A DNA stretch of 64,000 bases, from contig DAINQP010000002.1 in the NCBI GenBank assembly GCA_036742665.1, forward strand, positions 2,531-66,530. Reading direction: 5' to 3'. The translations under genes were made by a program, and so were the position numbers. Below, piece by piece: positions 18,001 through 28,934 of this stretch. Source of the DNA: Vicinamibacterales bacterium. Lineage in GTDB: Bacteria > Acidobacteriota > Vicinamibacteria > Vicinamibacterales > UBA2999. Position 1 is the first letter of the stretch; every line of letters begins with the position of its first letter. The notes below the pieces were generated by a model. That model was not told the origin of the DNA, made no database searches, and saw nothing but the letters and a program-made list of their open reading frames with translations.

Positions 18001-18213
18001 GACGATCTGATAGCGACCCGTACTATCGGTGACCGCCGTCCGCACTTTCTCGATGAGCACATCGCTCGCGGCCTCAACGGTGACGCCGGGGAGCACCGCC
18101 CCCGAACTGTCTCGCACGAGACCTGCGATGGTGGCCTGCGCCCAGACGGTCGCTGGCGTCAATGCGAGGGTGATAAATGAGAAGACGACCCATGTGTTCA
18201 GACGATTCCGCAT
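15100..18213 (-). CDS. TonB-dependent receptor with N-terminal carboxypeptidase-regulatory-like domain
   Basis: I moved the start to ATG 18213, with GGGAGA 8 nt upstream. Signal peptide VVFSFITLALTPATVWAQA. CarboxypepD_reg block AGLVRDSSGAVLPGVTVEA...TDSTGRYQIVDLRAGTYAVTFTLTGF. A long beta-barrel ends in the terminal aromatic ...AQIDF. Confidence 0.85.
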   Translation of the reverse strand: MRNRLNTWVVFSFITLALTPATVWAQATIAGLVRDSSGAVLPGVTVEAASDVLIEKVRTAVTDSTGRYQIVDLRAGTYAVTFTLTGFSTVKREGIELTGLMTATVSVDLRVGAVQETITVTGESPMVDVQSVRRQATITGEVLSAIPTARGYTGVMLLVPAIQTQGTSPANVQATPGMVVFGTPGGRNGNEGRLQVDGLGVGAARNGGGVSGYNADIANAQEISFTVSAGLGEAEVSGPSLSVVPKTGGNTLRGSLFLAGVSEGMVGSNYTPELQAAGLGTPGRLLKLWDYTAGIGGPIKKDRLWYFLNLRNQGSHSSVSGMYANTNAGDPTKWTYEADTTRQSRAAGSWSVASLRLTVQATPRNKFNIYWDEQKPCTGATYSANDDGCRTQPEEGGFVYGGSATAAPETATYENRFQRVQQLTWNSPMTNRVLLTAGFGDYLTRWGGDEMPGNLTRSLVRVTEQCAPNCPLNGNIPNLTYRSANWASHWMGQHNWNASMTYVTGAHNMKVGYQGTFYADDEQYFTNDEKVAYRLNNGVPNLITLTLHSNLRKLRTRYHAVYAQEQWTLGRMTLQGALRFDHAWSYSPEQVVGPTRFLPTPIVFPETAGVVGYNDISPRLGLAYDLFGNGKTAVKVNLGRYLDAASNNNGNYSITNPTSRMAGSTELGRPPVTRSWTDGNGNFIPDCNLSNPDAQNTLAAGGDSCGAISDRNFGTATLSRNFDPAALEGWGVRPADWEFGVSVQQEVLPRVSVEVGYFRRWLDNFFVDDNLATVPADFTPFSITAPSDPRLPDGGGYPINGLYDVVPAKFGQVNDYFTKAENFGEWYQHYNGILLNVTARPRNGLTMQGGLLTGQTVRDLCGIRDANPELNYVTPANASGPGNVYASPVFPYCHTSTGYTTRVTGLATYTVPKIDVLVSGTFRSEQGAPLAANFTVTNAMVSAQLGRNLSAPGGSVVVNLIEPGTMYGDRLNEVDFRIAKLLRFGRTRTNVGVDIYNVFNANPALTYNAAYSTALPFPRPTGVLTPRFAKISAQIDF

Positions 18214-18421
18214 AATGTGTCTCCCTGGAATTGGGAGCGGAGACGTCCGCCCTACCCCGTGCGGGTTATACGCCCCGATCATCGTGTGGTCAATCGCGAT
18301 CTGGCCCATGGGCGCCGAAGCGCGCAGCGGGAAGGCGGCGCCTTGACGTGGCGTACGAGTGGGCGATACCTTCAGTGGGAAGTCACGAGTTTTGGGCCTA
18401 ATACGAAAGGACTAGCCCCCG

Positions 18422-19006
18422 ATGTACGCCGCCCATACCGGCACGCTGCCGGTCACGGACCAGACATTTATCGGGCGTCTCAACACGCAGTGGCATGAAC
18501 GGGCGCTGCAAGGCTTCATGGTGATCGTACTGGCCCACTGGGCGGAGCACCTGCTGCAGGCGTTTCAGATCTACGCGCTTGGATGGCCGGTGCCGCAGGC
18601 GCTCGGCGCGCTGGGCTACTTCTTTCCCTATCTCGTCACGTCCGAAATGCTGCACTACGGTTACGCGCTCGTGATGCTGACGGGACTGTGGATGCTGCGT
18701 TCGGGATTTACCGGTGAGCGCGATCAGAGGTGGTGGACCATCGCACTGTCGATCCAGTTCTTCCATCACGTCGAGCACTTCCTGCTGCAGGGTCAGTACC
18801 TACTTGGTCAGAATCTGTTCGGACGGCCCGTGCCAACGAGCATCCTGCAGCTGTGGGTGCCGCGCGTGGAGCTGCATCTCTTCTACAACACGGTCGTCTT
18901 CATTCCGATGATGATCGCGATGTATTACCACATGTTCCCGTCGCCGGCCGCGACCAGGCAGCAGTGCACGTGTGCGTGGCACCGCGGGCTCAGCGCCGCG
19001 TCCTGA
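18422..19006 (+). CDS. polytopic membrane protein with histidine boxes (unknown function)
   Basis: About 5 hydrophobic helices. His-rich motifs lie at the helix ends: LAHWAEH, EMLHYGY, FFHHVEH, ELHLFYN. It is the first gene of the coupled block. Confidence 0.65.
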   Translation: MYAAHTGTLPVTDQTFIGRLNTQWHERALQGFMVIVLAHWAEHLLQAFQIYALGWPVPQALGALGYFFPYLVTSEMLHYGYALVMLTGLWMLRSGFTGERDQRWWTIALSIQFFHHVEHFLLQGQYLLGQNLFGRPVPTSILQLWVPRVELHLFYNTVVFIPMMIAMYYHMFPSPAATRQQCTCAWHRGLSAAS

Positions 19007-19410
19007 CGGCTGTCGTCATCCTCGCCTGCAGCCTCGCCACAGCGTGCGCGGCCCCCGGTTGCGATGTCCATTCGGATCGCGAGCGTGAATCCAACGGCGC
19101 AACCAGCATTTCGTGGACGCTCGATCCGTCACCACCGTTTGCCGGCACGCCACTCGTCGTTCGCCTGACGCTCCGCGATCGCGAGCAAAAGCCGGTGACC
19201 GGTGCGCGGTTGCAACTGGAAGGACTGATGTCGCATCCCGGCATGGCGCCGGTAACCGTCGCCGTGACCGAGCGCGGCAACGGTGAGTACGAAGCGCCGC
19301 TGCAGTTCACGATGGCCGGCGACTGGATTCTGGTCGTCACCGGTGAGTTGCCGGGCGGCGGCCAGATCAACAAGCAAATCGAGATCGACGGCGTCCGTCC
19401 GGCTTCTTAG
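18976..19410 (+). CDS. FixH / YtkA-like domain lipoprotein
   Basis: I placed the start at GTG 18976 (in-frame GTGs also at 18964 and 18970), giving a signal/lipobox RRVLTAVVILACSLATAC. The Ig-like domain pattern is PLVVRLTLRDREQKPVTGARLQLEGLMSHPGMAP...GNGEYEAPLQFTMAGDWILVV. Confidence 0.6.
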   Translation: MAPRAQRRVLTAVVILACSLATACAAPGCDVHSDRERESNGATSISWTLDPSPPFAGTPLVVRLTLRDREQKPVTGARLQLEGLMSHPGMAPVTVAVTERGNGEYEAPLQFTMAGDWILVVTGELPGGGQINKQIEIDGVRPAS

Positions 19411-19413
19411 CGC

Positions 19414-20829
19414 ATGAATATCCTGCGCCTTCCATTCCTCGGTGCATTCCTGCGGTGGCGTCATGCGCGAGTCGTGCTGCAGGTGGTGCTGCTGATCGCT
19501 GCAATCGCGGTCGTGCTGCACGGGCTCGTCGGCCCACAACTCGCGCCGCGCAACCTCGCGACGGTCGTCACGTCCATTCATTGGCGCGGATTCCTCATTC
19601 TGGCTATCGTGGGCGTCGGCAATTTGTTCTGCACCGCCTGCCCGATGGTCCTCGCACGCGATGCGAGCCGGCGCGTTTTTCATCCGGCGCTGCGCTGGCC
19701 GCGATGGTTGCGTGGCAAATGGCTCGGGCTGGCACTGCTCATCGCCGTGCTGTTCTCATACGAGTTGTTCGATCTGTGGTCGCAACCGCGGGCGACGGCG
19801 TGGCTCGTGCTCGGCTACTTCGGACTGGCCATCGTCATCGACACGGTCTTCAAGGGCGCATCGTTCTGCAAGCACGTCTGCCCCATCGGCCAATTCAATT
19901 TCACGGCGTCGACGATGTCGCCGACGGAACTGCGCATCGTCGATCGTGAGACCTGTCTTACGTGCCGGACATCGGATTGCATCAAAGGTACTCCGGTTGA
20001 AGCCGGACACCACGTGCAACGCGGCTGCGAGCTGGGACTCTTCCTGCCGATGAAGGTCGGCAATCTCGATTGCACGATGTGCCTCGATTGCGTGCACGCC
20101 TGCCCGCACGACAACATCGCACTCGCGACACGCACGCCGGGAGCCGAGCTGCTCGAGCGCGGACGACGGTCCGGCATCGGCCGACTTCAGCAGCGCGCCG
20201 ATCTTGCCGCACTTGCGGTGGTCTTCACATTTGCGGCGCTGGTGAGCGCCTTCGCGATGACGAGTCCGGCTTACGCTGTTGAGCAGCGGCTCGCCGCGAC
20301 GATCGGCGCTCGCGCCGAGTGGCCGGTCCTGGCGATCATCTTCGGTGTTGGCCTGCTGCTCGCACCTGCGCTGCTGGTATCGACTGCCGGCGCCATCACC
20401 CGCCTGTTCTCGGACGATCGCGGATCGCTGCGCGCCACGGTGCGTGCCTACGCATATGCGCTCATCCCGATCGGGTTGGGGGTCTGGGTGGCCCACTACG
20501 GCTTCCACTTGCTGACTGGAGTACTGACGATCGTTCCAGTCGTGCAGAGCGCGACCATCGACGCGTTCGGTCACGCGCTGCTCGGCGGTCCGTTCTGGGG
20601 TTGGGTCGGGCTGCAGCCCGGGGCGGTGTTTCCGATTCAGCTCGGATGCGTCGTGCTTGGCGCTGCCGGATCGATGGCCATGGTCCAGGCCATCTCGCAA
20701 CGGGATCAGCCGTCCCGGCCAATGCTCGCATCGGCGCCGTGGCTCGCCCTCGTCCTGTTACTAACAACCGCCGCGCTGTGGATTCTTTCCCAGCCCATGG
20801 AAATGCGGGCGGTGAGCTTTTTCGGATGA
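19414..20829 (+). CDS. FixG/CcoG/NapH-like membrane polyferredoxin (4Fe-4S)
   Basis: Cys motifs NLFCTACPMV, SFCKHVCPIGQF, CLTCRTSDCIKG and CTMCLDCVHACPHDNI, flanked by multiple TM helices. There are extra C-terminal TM helices instead of the Ig-like tail of canonical CcoG. Confidence 0.75.
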   Translation: MNILRLPFLGAFLRWRHARVVLQVVLLIAAIAVVLHGLVGPQLAPRNLATVVTSIHWRGFLILAIVGVGNLFCTACPMVLARDASRRVFHPALRWPRWLRGKWLGLALLIAVLFSYELFDLWSQPRATAWLVLGYFGLAIVIDTVFKGASFCKHVCPIGQFNFTASTMSPTELRIVDRETCLTCRTSDCIKGTPVEAGHHVQRGCELGLFLPMKVGNLDCTMCLDCVHACPHDNIALATRTPGAELLERGRRSGIGRLQQRADLAALAVVFTFAALVSAFAMTSPAYAVEQRLAATIGARAEWPVLAIIFGVGLLLAPALLVSTAGAITRLFSDDRGSLRATVRAYAYALIPIGLGVWVAHYGFHLLTGVLTIVPVVQSATIDAFGHALLGGPFWGWVGLQPGAVFPIQLGCVVLGAAGSMAMVQAISQRDQPSRPMLASAPWLALVLLLTTAALWILSQPMEMRAVSFFG

Positions 20830-21431
20830 CCCTCCTTCGCCGCTTCGGTGCTTCGGCGGGGCAAGCCCGCGGCGCACGAGCGGTGATCGCGGCGCTCGCG
20901 GTGCTCGCCGTGCAGGACTCGTTGCGGGCGCATTCAGGTCCGCCGTTTCCGATCGTGACCGATGCCGTTCGCGGCCCCTACACGATCTCCATCTGGACAG
21001 ATCCAGATGCGACGGACAACGGCACACCTGCCGGTCAGTTCTGGATCGTGATCGCCTCATCGACCAAAGGCACCCGACTTCCCGCCGAGACGCGGGCGAC
21101 CTTGTCCGTGCAGCCGTCGGCGCCGCCGTCTCCCTCACAGGCCATCGTTCAATCCGCACGCACCGAGCCCGTACGCGGCGATGTTGCGAATCAGTTCGGT
21201 GCCGTGCTGATGGACCACGAGGGATCGTATGCGGTCCATATCGAGGTCACCGGCCCGATGGGTGTAGCGTCGATCGATGCGATGGTTGAAGCGACGTACG
21301 ACCTCCGGCCACCGCCATACATGCTGGTGTGGTATCTCTTCCCCTTTGTGATCGCGGGATTCCTGTGGACGCGATTGCTGCTGCGTCGCCGAGCGGGCCT
21401 GCGCCCGTCTGATAGAGTCCCCCTGCCGTGA
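20826..21431 (+). CDS. exported, C-terminally membrane-anchored protein of unknown function; predicted mature N-terminus is His
   Basis: The start shares an ATGA overlap with the upstream stop. The signal peptide ends ...AVQDSLRA|HSGPPFPIVTD. C-terminal TM helix MLVWYLFPFVIAGFLWTRLLL. Confidence 0.6.
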   Translation: MTLLRRFGASAGQARGARAVIAALAVLAVQDSLRAHSGPPFPIVTDAVRGPYTISIWTDPDATDNGTPAGQFWIVIASSTKGTRLPAETRATLSVQPSAPPSPSQAIVQSARTEPVRGDVANQFGAVLMDHEGSYAVHIEVTGPMGVASIDAMVEATYDLRPPPYMLVWYLFPFVIAGFLWTRLLLRRRAGLRPSDRVPLP

Positions 21432-22789
21432 CTGCTTCTCGAGCCCCCGGGCGAGCGCCGACGACAGCGCTGCTGCTTGGCCTGATCATCACACTGGCCA
21501 CCGTCGTCGCGTACTCCTGGTACATCTCGGGACAGATCGCAGGTCTACGGCGCCTGCAGACCGAGCTCACCGATCGCAACCGGCGCGACTCACTGCAGTT
21601 GCTGCGCATTCAGAACGATTTGAACCAGCTCGGGCTGGCGATGCGCGACATGCTCGACGGTGGCGAGCCCTATCCGCTCACGGCGTGGTCGTCGCAGTTC
21701 GAGCGCATTCGTACTGATCTCGACCAGGCACTGGAACGCCAGGGCGAGGTCGCGTTCGCCCGGCAGACGCCAGAGCAGCGCGAGTATCTCACCAGCCAGC
21801 TCACGCAGTTCTGGGATGCCGCTAATCGGATCTTCGAGCTGGCGAGAACCGGACAGGAAGACGAGGCTCGCGCGCAGATCAGACTCTCGTTGCAGGAACG
21901 GCAGGCGGCACTGAGCACGGCGGTGGCGCGGTTGCTCGTCCAGAACAATGCCAGCGAGGAGCAGACGGCGCAGCAGGTGCAGGACATCTACGGCCGCGTA
22001 CAGCGTCAGGTCTACTGGTTCCTCGCCGCGACGTTGGCCGCGATCGTCGCCACCAGTCTGTATCTCATTCACTCGAATCGCCGACTGTTCGCACAGCTCG
22101 CCGCGCTGTCGGACGAACGGCGTGAGCTGGCGCAGCGACTCATCGCCACGCGCGAGTCCACGCTTCGTGAGATCTCGCGTGAGCTGCACGACGAGTTCGG
22201 CCAAATCCTGACGGCGATCGGATCAATGCTGGGCCGCGCCGGCAAGCACGCGCCGGAGGGATCGGAGCTGCGGGCCGACTTGCGTGAGATTCGGGAGATC
22301 GCGCAAACCGCACTCGATAACGTGCGTGGACTCTCCCAGACACTGCATCCATCGATCCTCGAAGAACTCGGACTCGAGAGCACCGTGGACTGGTATCTCT
22401 CGACGGTCCAGAAGCAACTGGGGATCGACGTGACGTACGAGCGGGCGGGAGCCGCAGTTCCGATTGATGCGACGATCGGCATCCATGTGTACCGTGTGCT
22501 GCAGGAATCGCTGAGCAACGTGGCCCGCCACTCTGGTGCGGACCGCGCCATCGTGCGGTTGCAGGTCGAGGCCCGTGCGCTGACGCTTGAAGTCGAGGAC
22601 CACGGACGCGGTTTGCCGACCGACATCGCTCGCGGACGCGGTCTCGGCCTGGTTGCGATGCGCGAGCGTGCCGAGCTCGTCAACGGAACGATCGAGATCC
22701 TCACGCCATCGGGCGGGGGAACCGTGGTGCGATTGAAGGTACCATTGCCTGCAGGGGCTGAAGCCGCTCTACATACATCGATTGCATGA
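21428..22789 (+). CDS. sensor histidine kinase, NarX/DegS-type (HisKA_3 + HATPase)
   Basis: GTGA overlap with the upstream gene. Two TM helices flank a helical periplasmic sensor of about 160 aa. H-box ELHDEFGQILTAI, N-box LQESLSNVARHS, G-boxes DHGRGL and GLGLVAMRERA. Confidence 0.9.
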   Translation: MTASRAPGRAPTTALLLGLIITLATVVAYSWYISGQIAGLRRLQTELTDRNRRDSLQLLRIQNDLNQLGLAMRDMLDGGEPYPLTAWSSQFERIRTDLDQALERQGEVAFARQTPEQREYLTSQLTQFWDAANRIFELARTGQEDEARAQIRLSLQERQAALSTAVARLLVQNNASEEQTAQQVQDIYGRVQRQVYWFLAATLAAIVATSLYLIHSNRRLFAQLAALSDERRELAQRLIATRESTLREISRELHDEFGQILTAIGSMLGRAGKHAPEGSELRADLREIREIAQTALDNVRGLSQTLHPSILEELGLESTVDWYLSTVQKQLGIDVTYERAGAAVPIDATIGIHVYRVLQESLSNVARHSGADRAIVRLQVEARALTLEVEDHGRGLPTDIARGRGLGLVAMRERAELVNGTIEILTPSGGGTVVRLKVPLPAGAEAALHTSIA

Positions 22790-23411
22790 CCGACAAAATC
22801 ACCGTGCTCCTCGTGGACGATCACGCGCTGGTGAGGCGCGGCTTCCGGCGTTTGCTCGAAGACGACACCGCCATTCAGGTCGTCGGCGAAGGCAGCAACG
22901 GTGAGGACGCCATCCGCCTGACGACAGAGCTGAAGCCGCACGTCATCGTGATGGATGCGGCGATGCCAGGAACCGGTGGCCTCGAAGCTACACGGACCAT
23001 TCTCGCCAGACATCCGAAGGCCGCGATCATCATGCTGAGCATGCACTCGGAGGAAACGCTGGTTCGCCAGGCGCTGAAGGCCGGCGCACGCGGCTATGTC
23101 CTGAAGAATGCCCTCGAGCTCGATCTCGCCGCCGCGGTCAAACGCGTCGCCGCCGGCGAACAGGTGATCGATCCCGCGCTGATCAAGCCCGACCCGCTGC
23201 CCGGTGAACGCACTCGACGCCTGACGCCGCGCGAGCTCGAGGTCCTGCAACTGATCTGCGATGGCCTCTCGAACAAGGAGATTGCCACGAAGCTGGATCT
23301 CAGCGCCAACACCGTCGCCGTTCATCGCGCGAACATCATGAACACACTCGGTGTACATAAGACGGCGGAGCTCGTCGTCTACGCGCTGCAGAACGGGCTC
23401 GTCAATCCACT

Positions 23412-23415
<4 letters not shown>
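22786..23415 (+). CDS. response regulator, NarL/LuxR family
   Basis: ATGA overlap with the kinase gene. REC domain (VLLVDDHALVRRG, VIVMDAAMPG). LuxR HTH (LTPRELEVLQLICDGLSNKEIATKLDLSANTV). Confidence 0.9.
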
Positions 23416-25099
<1,684 letters not shown>

Positions 25100-25103
<4 letters not shown>

Positions 25104-26311
25104 TTATTCGACCCTTCGCATTCATCGGTGCTCTCCTCGGATCGGCGGCCGTGGCGTCCGCGCACCACGGATTCGGCACCTTCGACCTCACGAAGAGCGT
25201 GACCTACACGGGCAAGTTGACGCGCCTCGAGTTCATCAACCCGCATTCGTGGCTCTATTTCGAGGTGGCCGACGCCAACGGCAAGCTGACGAAGTATCGC
25301 TGTGAGATGCGGTCGGCGCACACGCTGCGCCGTTCAGGATGGAAGGAAGAGCTGTTCCCGATTGGACAAACGGTGACGGTGGAAGCGGCACCCGATCGCG
25401 CCGACCCGCAGTCCTGCTACCTGAACACGATCCGCTTCGCGAATGGCACGCACATGGATCGATACGGCCAGTATGTGGCGACCGGCACGAACAAGGTCGA
25501 GGAAGTGCGTGGTCCTCTGGCCCGCCGCGGCGGCGCGCACACGGGAGGCGGCGCACCGGCGGCTCAACCTCGCGCGGCACGTCGTGCGACCGGCGAGCCG
25601 AACATCAGCGGCGACTGGGCACCGGAGCAGGTGGTGATGGCCGATCCGCGCGGGCGTGGCGGCGCGCTCGTGCCTCTGAGCGCAGTCGCGACAGCGAAGC
25701 CGGCTGAACCGCGCGCCGGCGGCGCGGGTGGCGGTGGCGGGCGAGGCCGCGGTCCGGGCGGACCACGTACCTACGCCGGAACCGAAGTCACGCCCGCAGG
25801 TGAGGAAGCGGCCGCGAAGTTCATGCCGCAGGACAATCCGCGCTTCAAGTGCCAGACGACCAACATCCTCTTCGACTGGACGTTCGACGGCCCGGTCAAC
25901 CGCATTCAGCAGAATCGCGACAACATCGTCATCTTCTACGGCCAGCTGAATCTGCGGCGCACGATCCATACGAACACCAAAACCCACCCGGCGAACGTGA
26001 CGCCGAGCCGGGCCGGCCATTCGTACGGTTATTGGGAAGGCGACGTGCTCGTCGTCGATACGACGAACTTCTTGCCCGGCTTCCTCAACTTCCCGATCCC
26101 GCACAGCGACAAGCTGCACGTGGTCGAGCGCTTCTCACTCGATGCGCAGACGATGAAGCTGACGCGCAGCTACATCGTCGAGGATCCCGTGTACCTGAAA
26201 GGTCAGGGCAAGGGACAAGATGTCGTTGAGCCCGCCGACCAGCCGTACACGCGAGACGCCTGCAAGGAGCAGCAGTTCGTGGACTACTCGAAGGAGGCCT
26301 CGTCCCGGTAA
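25100..26311 (+). CDS. fusion protein: DUF6152-like N-terminal domain + Gly/Arg-rich linker + 'family X' C-terminal domain
   Basis: ATGA overlap with the upstream gene. The signal peptide ends AVASA|HHGFGTFD. The N-domain aligns with 37613..38029 and 53730..54095 (HH...G.v....INPH.W.Y.EV.D..G). The C-terminal half aligns with 13009..13791 and 49871..51034 ([34 protein letters not shown]). Confidence 0.75.
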
Positions 26312-26324
26312 CGGGCCGTCGATC

Positions 26325-26891
26325 ATGTTGCGCGCGTTGATTTGTTGTCTCTGTGTACTTCTGGTTCCGATGTCGTCTGCGGGTCAAACCACTGACGCCG
26401 GATTCAATGAAGCGTTGTCGCCATCGATGGCGTCGGTCGTGAAGAACATGCACACGACCATTCGCCAGAATCTCGCCGACGCCGCAGAGAGCATGCCGGC
26501 CGAGGAGTACTCCTTCAAAGCGACACCGCAGGTCCGCAGCTTCGCCGAGCTGATCGGCCACGTCGTCAACGCCAACTTCTTCTTCTGCTCGCAGGCCAAG
26601 GGTGAGCCGCCGCCGAGCAAGGAGAACTTCGAGCAGGTCGCCGACAAGGCGGTGCTCGTCAAGGGTATGAACGAGGCGCTGAAGTACTGCGATGACGTCT
26701 ACAACGGCACCACGGACGCCAATTTTGGCGTGCTGATCACAATGGCCGGACCGGCAAAGAAACAGGCGAGCCGCGGATCGGTGCTGGTATTCAACACCAC
26801 GCACAACAACGAGCACTACGGCAACATCGTCGTCTATATGCGGCTGAAGGGCCACGTGCCGCCGTCCACGGCGCGCGCACAGAAAAAGTAG
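26325..26891 (+). CDS. DinB-family (four-helix-bundle metalloprotein), exported
   Basis: I moved the start to ATG 26325 ([21 protein letters not shown]). DinB-type His positions are present: [13 protein letters not shown] and [17 protein letters not shown]. Confidence 0.75.
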   Translation: MLRALICCLCVLLVPMSSAGQTTDAGFNEALSPSMASVVKNMHTTIRQNLADAAESMPAEEYSFKATPQVRSFAELIGHVVNANFFFCSQAKGEPPPSKENFEQVADKAVLVKGMNEALKYCDDVYNGTTDANFGVLITMAGPAKKQASRGSVLVFNTTHNNEHYGNIVVYMRLKGHVPPSTARAQKK

Positions 26892-26929
26892 AGCGCGGGC
26901 TTCAGCCCGCGCCGACTCTCGGAGGCACC

Positions 26930-28441
26930 ATGCGCGTTCGGATTTCATTCCTCCTCGTTTCCGCGCTCACGCTCGCGATCGCGTTAGTCCGCGCCCAGGT
27001 CGCCGATCCGCTCCCCGCGCCGGTCGAGAAGCGCGGACTGATGGTCGAGATCCGCGACGTCGTACGTCTACCCGACACGCGCGGCCTGCGTCCGCTCGAT
27101 CAGGACGTCAATCCGGCTGGTTGGGCACGCGTGCAGTTCGTCCGCGATCTGCCTGACGGCCGCCGCTTCGCCAATGACTCTCGCGGACTGCTCTATCTGC
27201 TCGACAAGAATAACCAGCCGAGCGTGTATCTCAATTTTGCGAGCCTGTTTCCGTACGCCATCTACAACCGTCTGGAGAGCGGCCTGATTGGCTTCGACTT
27301 CCATCCGGAGTTCGCCAAGAACGGTCTCTTCTACACGGTCCACGGCGAGCGCGCGGAAGGCAACCCGTCCACGCCGAACTTCATTCCTCCCGGCTACACC
27401 GCAAAGGACGTCACATATCACAACGTGATCACCGAGTGGCGGGCCAAGAATCCTGCCGCAAACGCGTTCGAAGGGACCCGGCGTGAGCTCTATCGCGGGG
27501 CGCACGTGGTCATGAACCTGACGCACCCGATGGGCTTTGTTGGCTTCAATCCGACCGCGAAGCCGGGCAGCGCTGACTATGGTCTGCTCTACACGAGCGG
27601 CAGCGATCACGGATTCAGCAACGGCGGCGGCCCAAACGCGAATAACCCGAGCCAGACACAGCGTCTCGACTCGGTGATCACCGCCATCCTGCGCTTCGAT
27701 CCGCGGAGTCCGTCCGAGACAAAGGGCATGAAGGGGCTCGGCGACTACACAATCCCGATGGCCAACAAGTTCGCCGCCGACAACGATCCGAAGACCCTCG
27801 GCGAGATCTACGCCTACGGCTTCCGCAACGCGCATCGCCTGTCATGGGACCTGACCGACGGCACGATGTACGCGTGCGACATCGGCATGAACAACATCGA
27901 GGAAGTCAACATCGTCCGTAACGGCGAGAACTACGGATGGATGAAACGAGAGGGCTACTGGGAGAACGGCATGATCCGTCCGGGCGGCAACCTTGGCCAA
28001 TTGTTCGCGCTGCCAGCGGAGATCCTCGACGGACGCAAGAAGGACGAATTCACGTATCCGGTCGCCATCTACGATCACAACGACGGCCAGGCCATCTCGG
28101 GCGGGTTCGCCTATCACGGCAAGATCGAGGCACTCCGTGGCAAGTTCGTGTTCGGCGACATCCAGCGCGGACGCCTGTTCGCCTCTGATCTCGCGGCGAT
28201 GAAGAAGGCCGATGACGGTGTCCCGCAGACGACGGCGCCCATCGAGGAGATTCAGCTGTTCACGCGCAATTCGCGAGGCGAACGCGTCTATGTGACGCTG
28301 CGCGACCTCATCGAACGGACGATGGGCGCCAGCGTGACACGGTCGGATCTGCACATCAGCGCCAGCCGCGACGGCGAGTTGTTCATCACATCACGCCAGG
28401 ACGGCACTATTCGGATGCTGGTGCCGGAGTCGGGAAAATAG
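26930..28441 (+). CDS. PQQ-dependent (soluble glucose/sorbosone dehydrogenase-like) beta-propeller oxidoreductase, exported
   Basis: Signal peptide FLLVSALTLAIALVRAQ. GSDH-like blocks: GLIGFDFHPEF, YAYGFRNAHRLSWD, NNIEEVNIVRNGENYGWMKREG, ISGGFAYHG. Confidence 0.7.
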   Translation: MRVRISFLLVSALTLAIALVRAQVADPLPAPVEKRGLMVEIRDVVRLPDTRGLRPLDQDVNPAGWARVQFVRDLPDGRRFANDSRGLLYLLDKNNQPSVYLNFASLFPYAIYNRLESGLIGFDFHPEFAKNGLFYTVHGERAEGNPSTPNFIPPGYTAKDVTYHNVITEWRAKNPAANAFEGTRRELYRGAHVVMNLTHPMGFVGFNPTAKPGSADYGLLYTSGSDHGFSNGGGPNANNPSQTQRLDSVITAILRFDPRSPSETKGMKGLGDYTIPMANKFAADNDPKTLGEIYAYGFRNAHRLSWDLTDGTMYACDIGMNNIEEVNIVRNGENYGWMKREGYWENGMIRPGGNLGQLFALPAEILDGRKKDEFTYPVAIYDHNDGQAISGGFAYHGKIEALRGKFVFGDIQRGRLFASDLAAMKKADDGVPQTTAPIEEIQLFTRNSRGERVYVTLRDLIERTMGASVTRSDLHISASRDGELFITSRQDGTIRMLVPESGK

Positions 28442-28451
28442 TCGCAGCGCG

Positions 28452-28632
28452 CCGACCGGATCGATCCGTGCGCCGCGCGGCGAGCCTCGTCCTCCGACAA
28501 TCCACGGCGCAGGTAATCATCGACGAGCAGCGCTCGATGCGCCTCCATCTCCTGATCGAGCTCGCCGTCGTCTCGACGTTGATGGACAATCGCGCTCAGC
28601 CGCGACATCGCACGCAGGAAGGCAGCCCACAT
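28452..28632 (-). pseudogene. remnant of an ADOP/MacB-type ABC permease (only the ~60-aa 'permease prefix' survives)
   Basis: MWAAFLRAMSRLSAIVHQRRDDGELDQEMEAHRALLVDDYLRRGLSEDEARRAA matches the conserved N-terminal prefix of ~800-aa acidobacterial permeases. Beyond about 28450 the ORF simply runs antisense into the 3' end of the dehydrogenase gene, and no TM or FtsX domain follows. Confidence 0.7.
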
Positions 28633-28634
28633 CG

Positions 28635-28934
28635 TTACGCGCTCGGCGACAGGCGCAGCAGTCGGCCGATAACACCTGACAGCCGCTCCCAGTTGCTGAC
28701 CTCAGCCTGCAGCTGCTTTCGTCCGGCCCTGGTGATGGCGTAAAACTTCGCCTTGCGGTTGTTCTCCGAGGTCCCCCACGTCGCGGCGATCCACCGCTTT
28801 TGCACCAAGCGGATCAGACACAGATAGATGGTGCCCTGGTTCACCAGCAGCGCGTCCTCACTGATCTGCTCGATGCGGCGCGCCAGGCCGTAGCCGTGCA
28901 TCGGTCCCATTGCGTCGAGCGTCTTGAGCACCAT
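28635..28934 (-). CDS. PadR-family transcriptional regulator (N-terminally shortened by an in-frame amber codon; possibly a pseudogene)
   Basis: Winged-helix PadR sequence LKTLDAMGPMHGYGLARRIEQISEDALLVNQGTIYLCLIRLVQKRWI...KFYAITRAGRKQL. Upstream in the same frame it reads ATG(28976) MDTRSTIL-TAG(28952-28950)-GTLDLMVLKTL, which is the canonical N-terminus interrupted by a stop. Confidence 0.7.
   Translation of the reverse strand: MVLKTLDAMGPMHGYGLARRIEQISEDALLVNQGTIYLCLIRLVQKRWIAATWGTSENNRKAKFYAITRAGRKQLQAEVSNWERLSGVIGRLLRLSPSA

Noticed and set aside
18344-18378. Sigma70-like promoter (TTGACG-N17-ATACCT) upstream of the 18422 block
   Set aside because: The -10 match is too weak to report as a feature.
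28288-28451. 3' part of the 114-aa ORF downstream of PadR
   Set aside because: Beyond the ~60-aa permease prefix, the translation is just the antisense of the dehydrogenase gene's last ~50 codons. It is not a real C-terminal domain.
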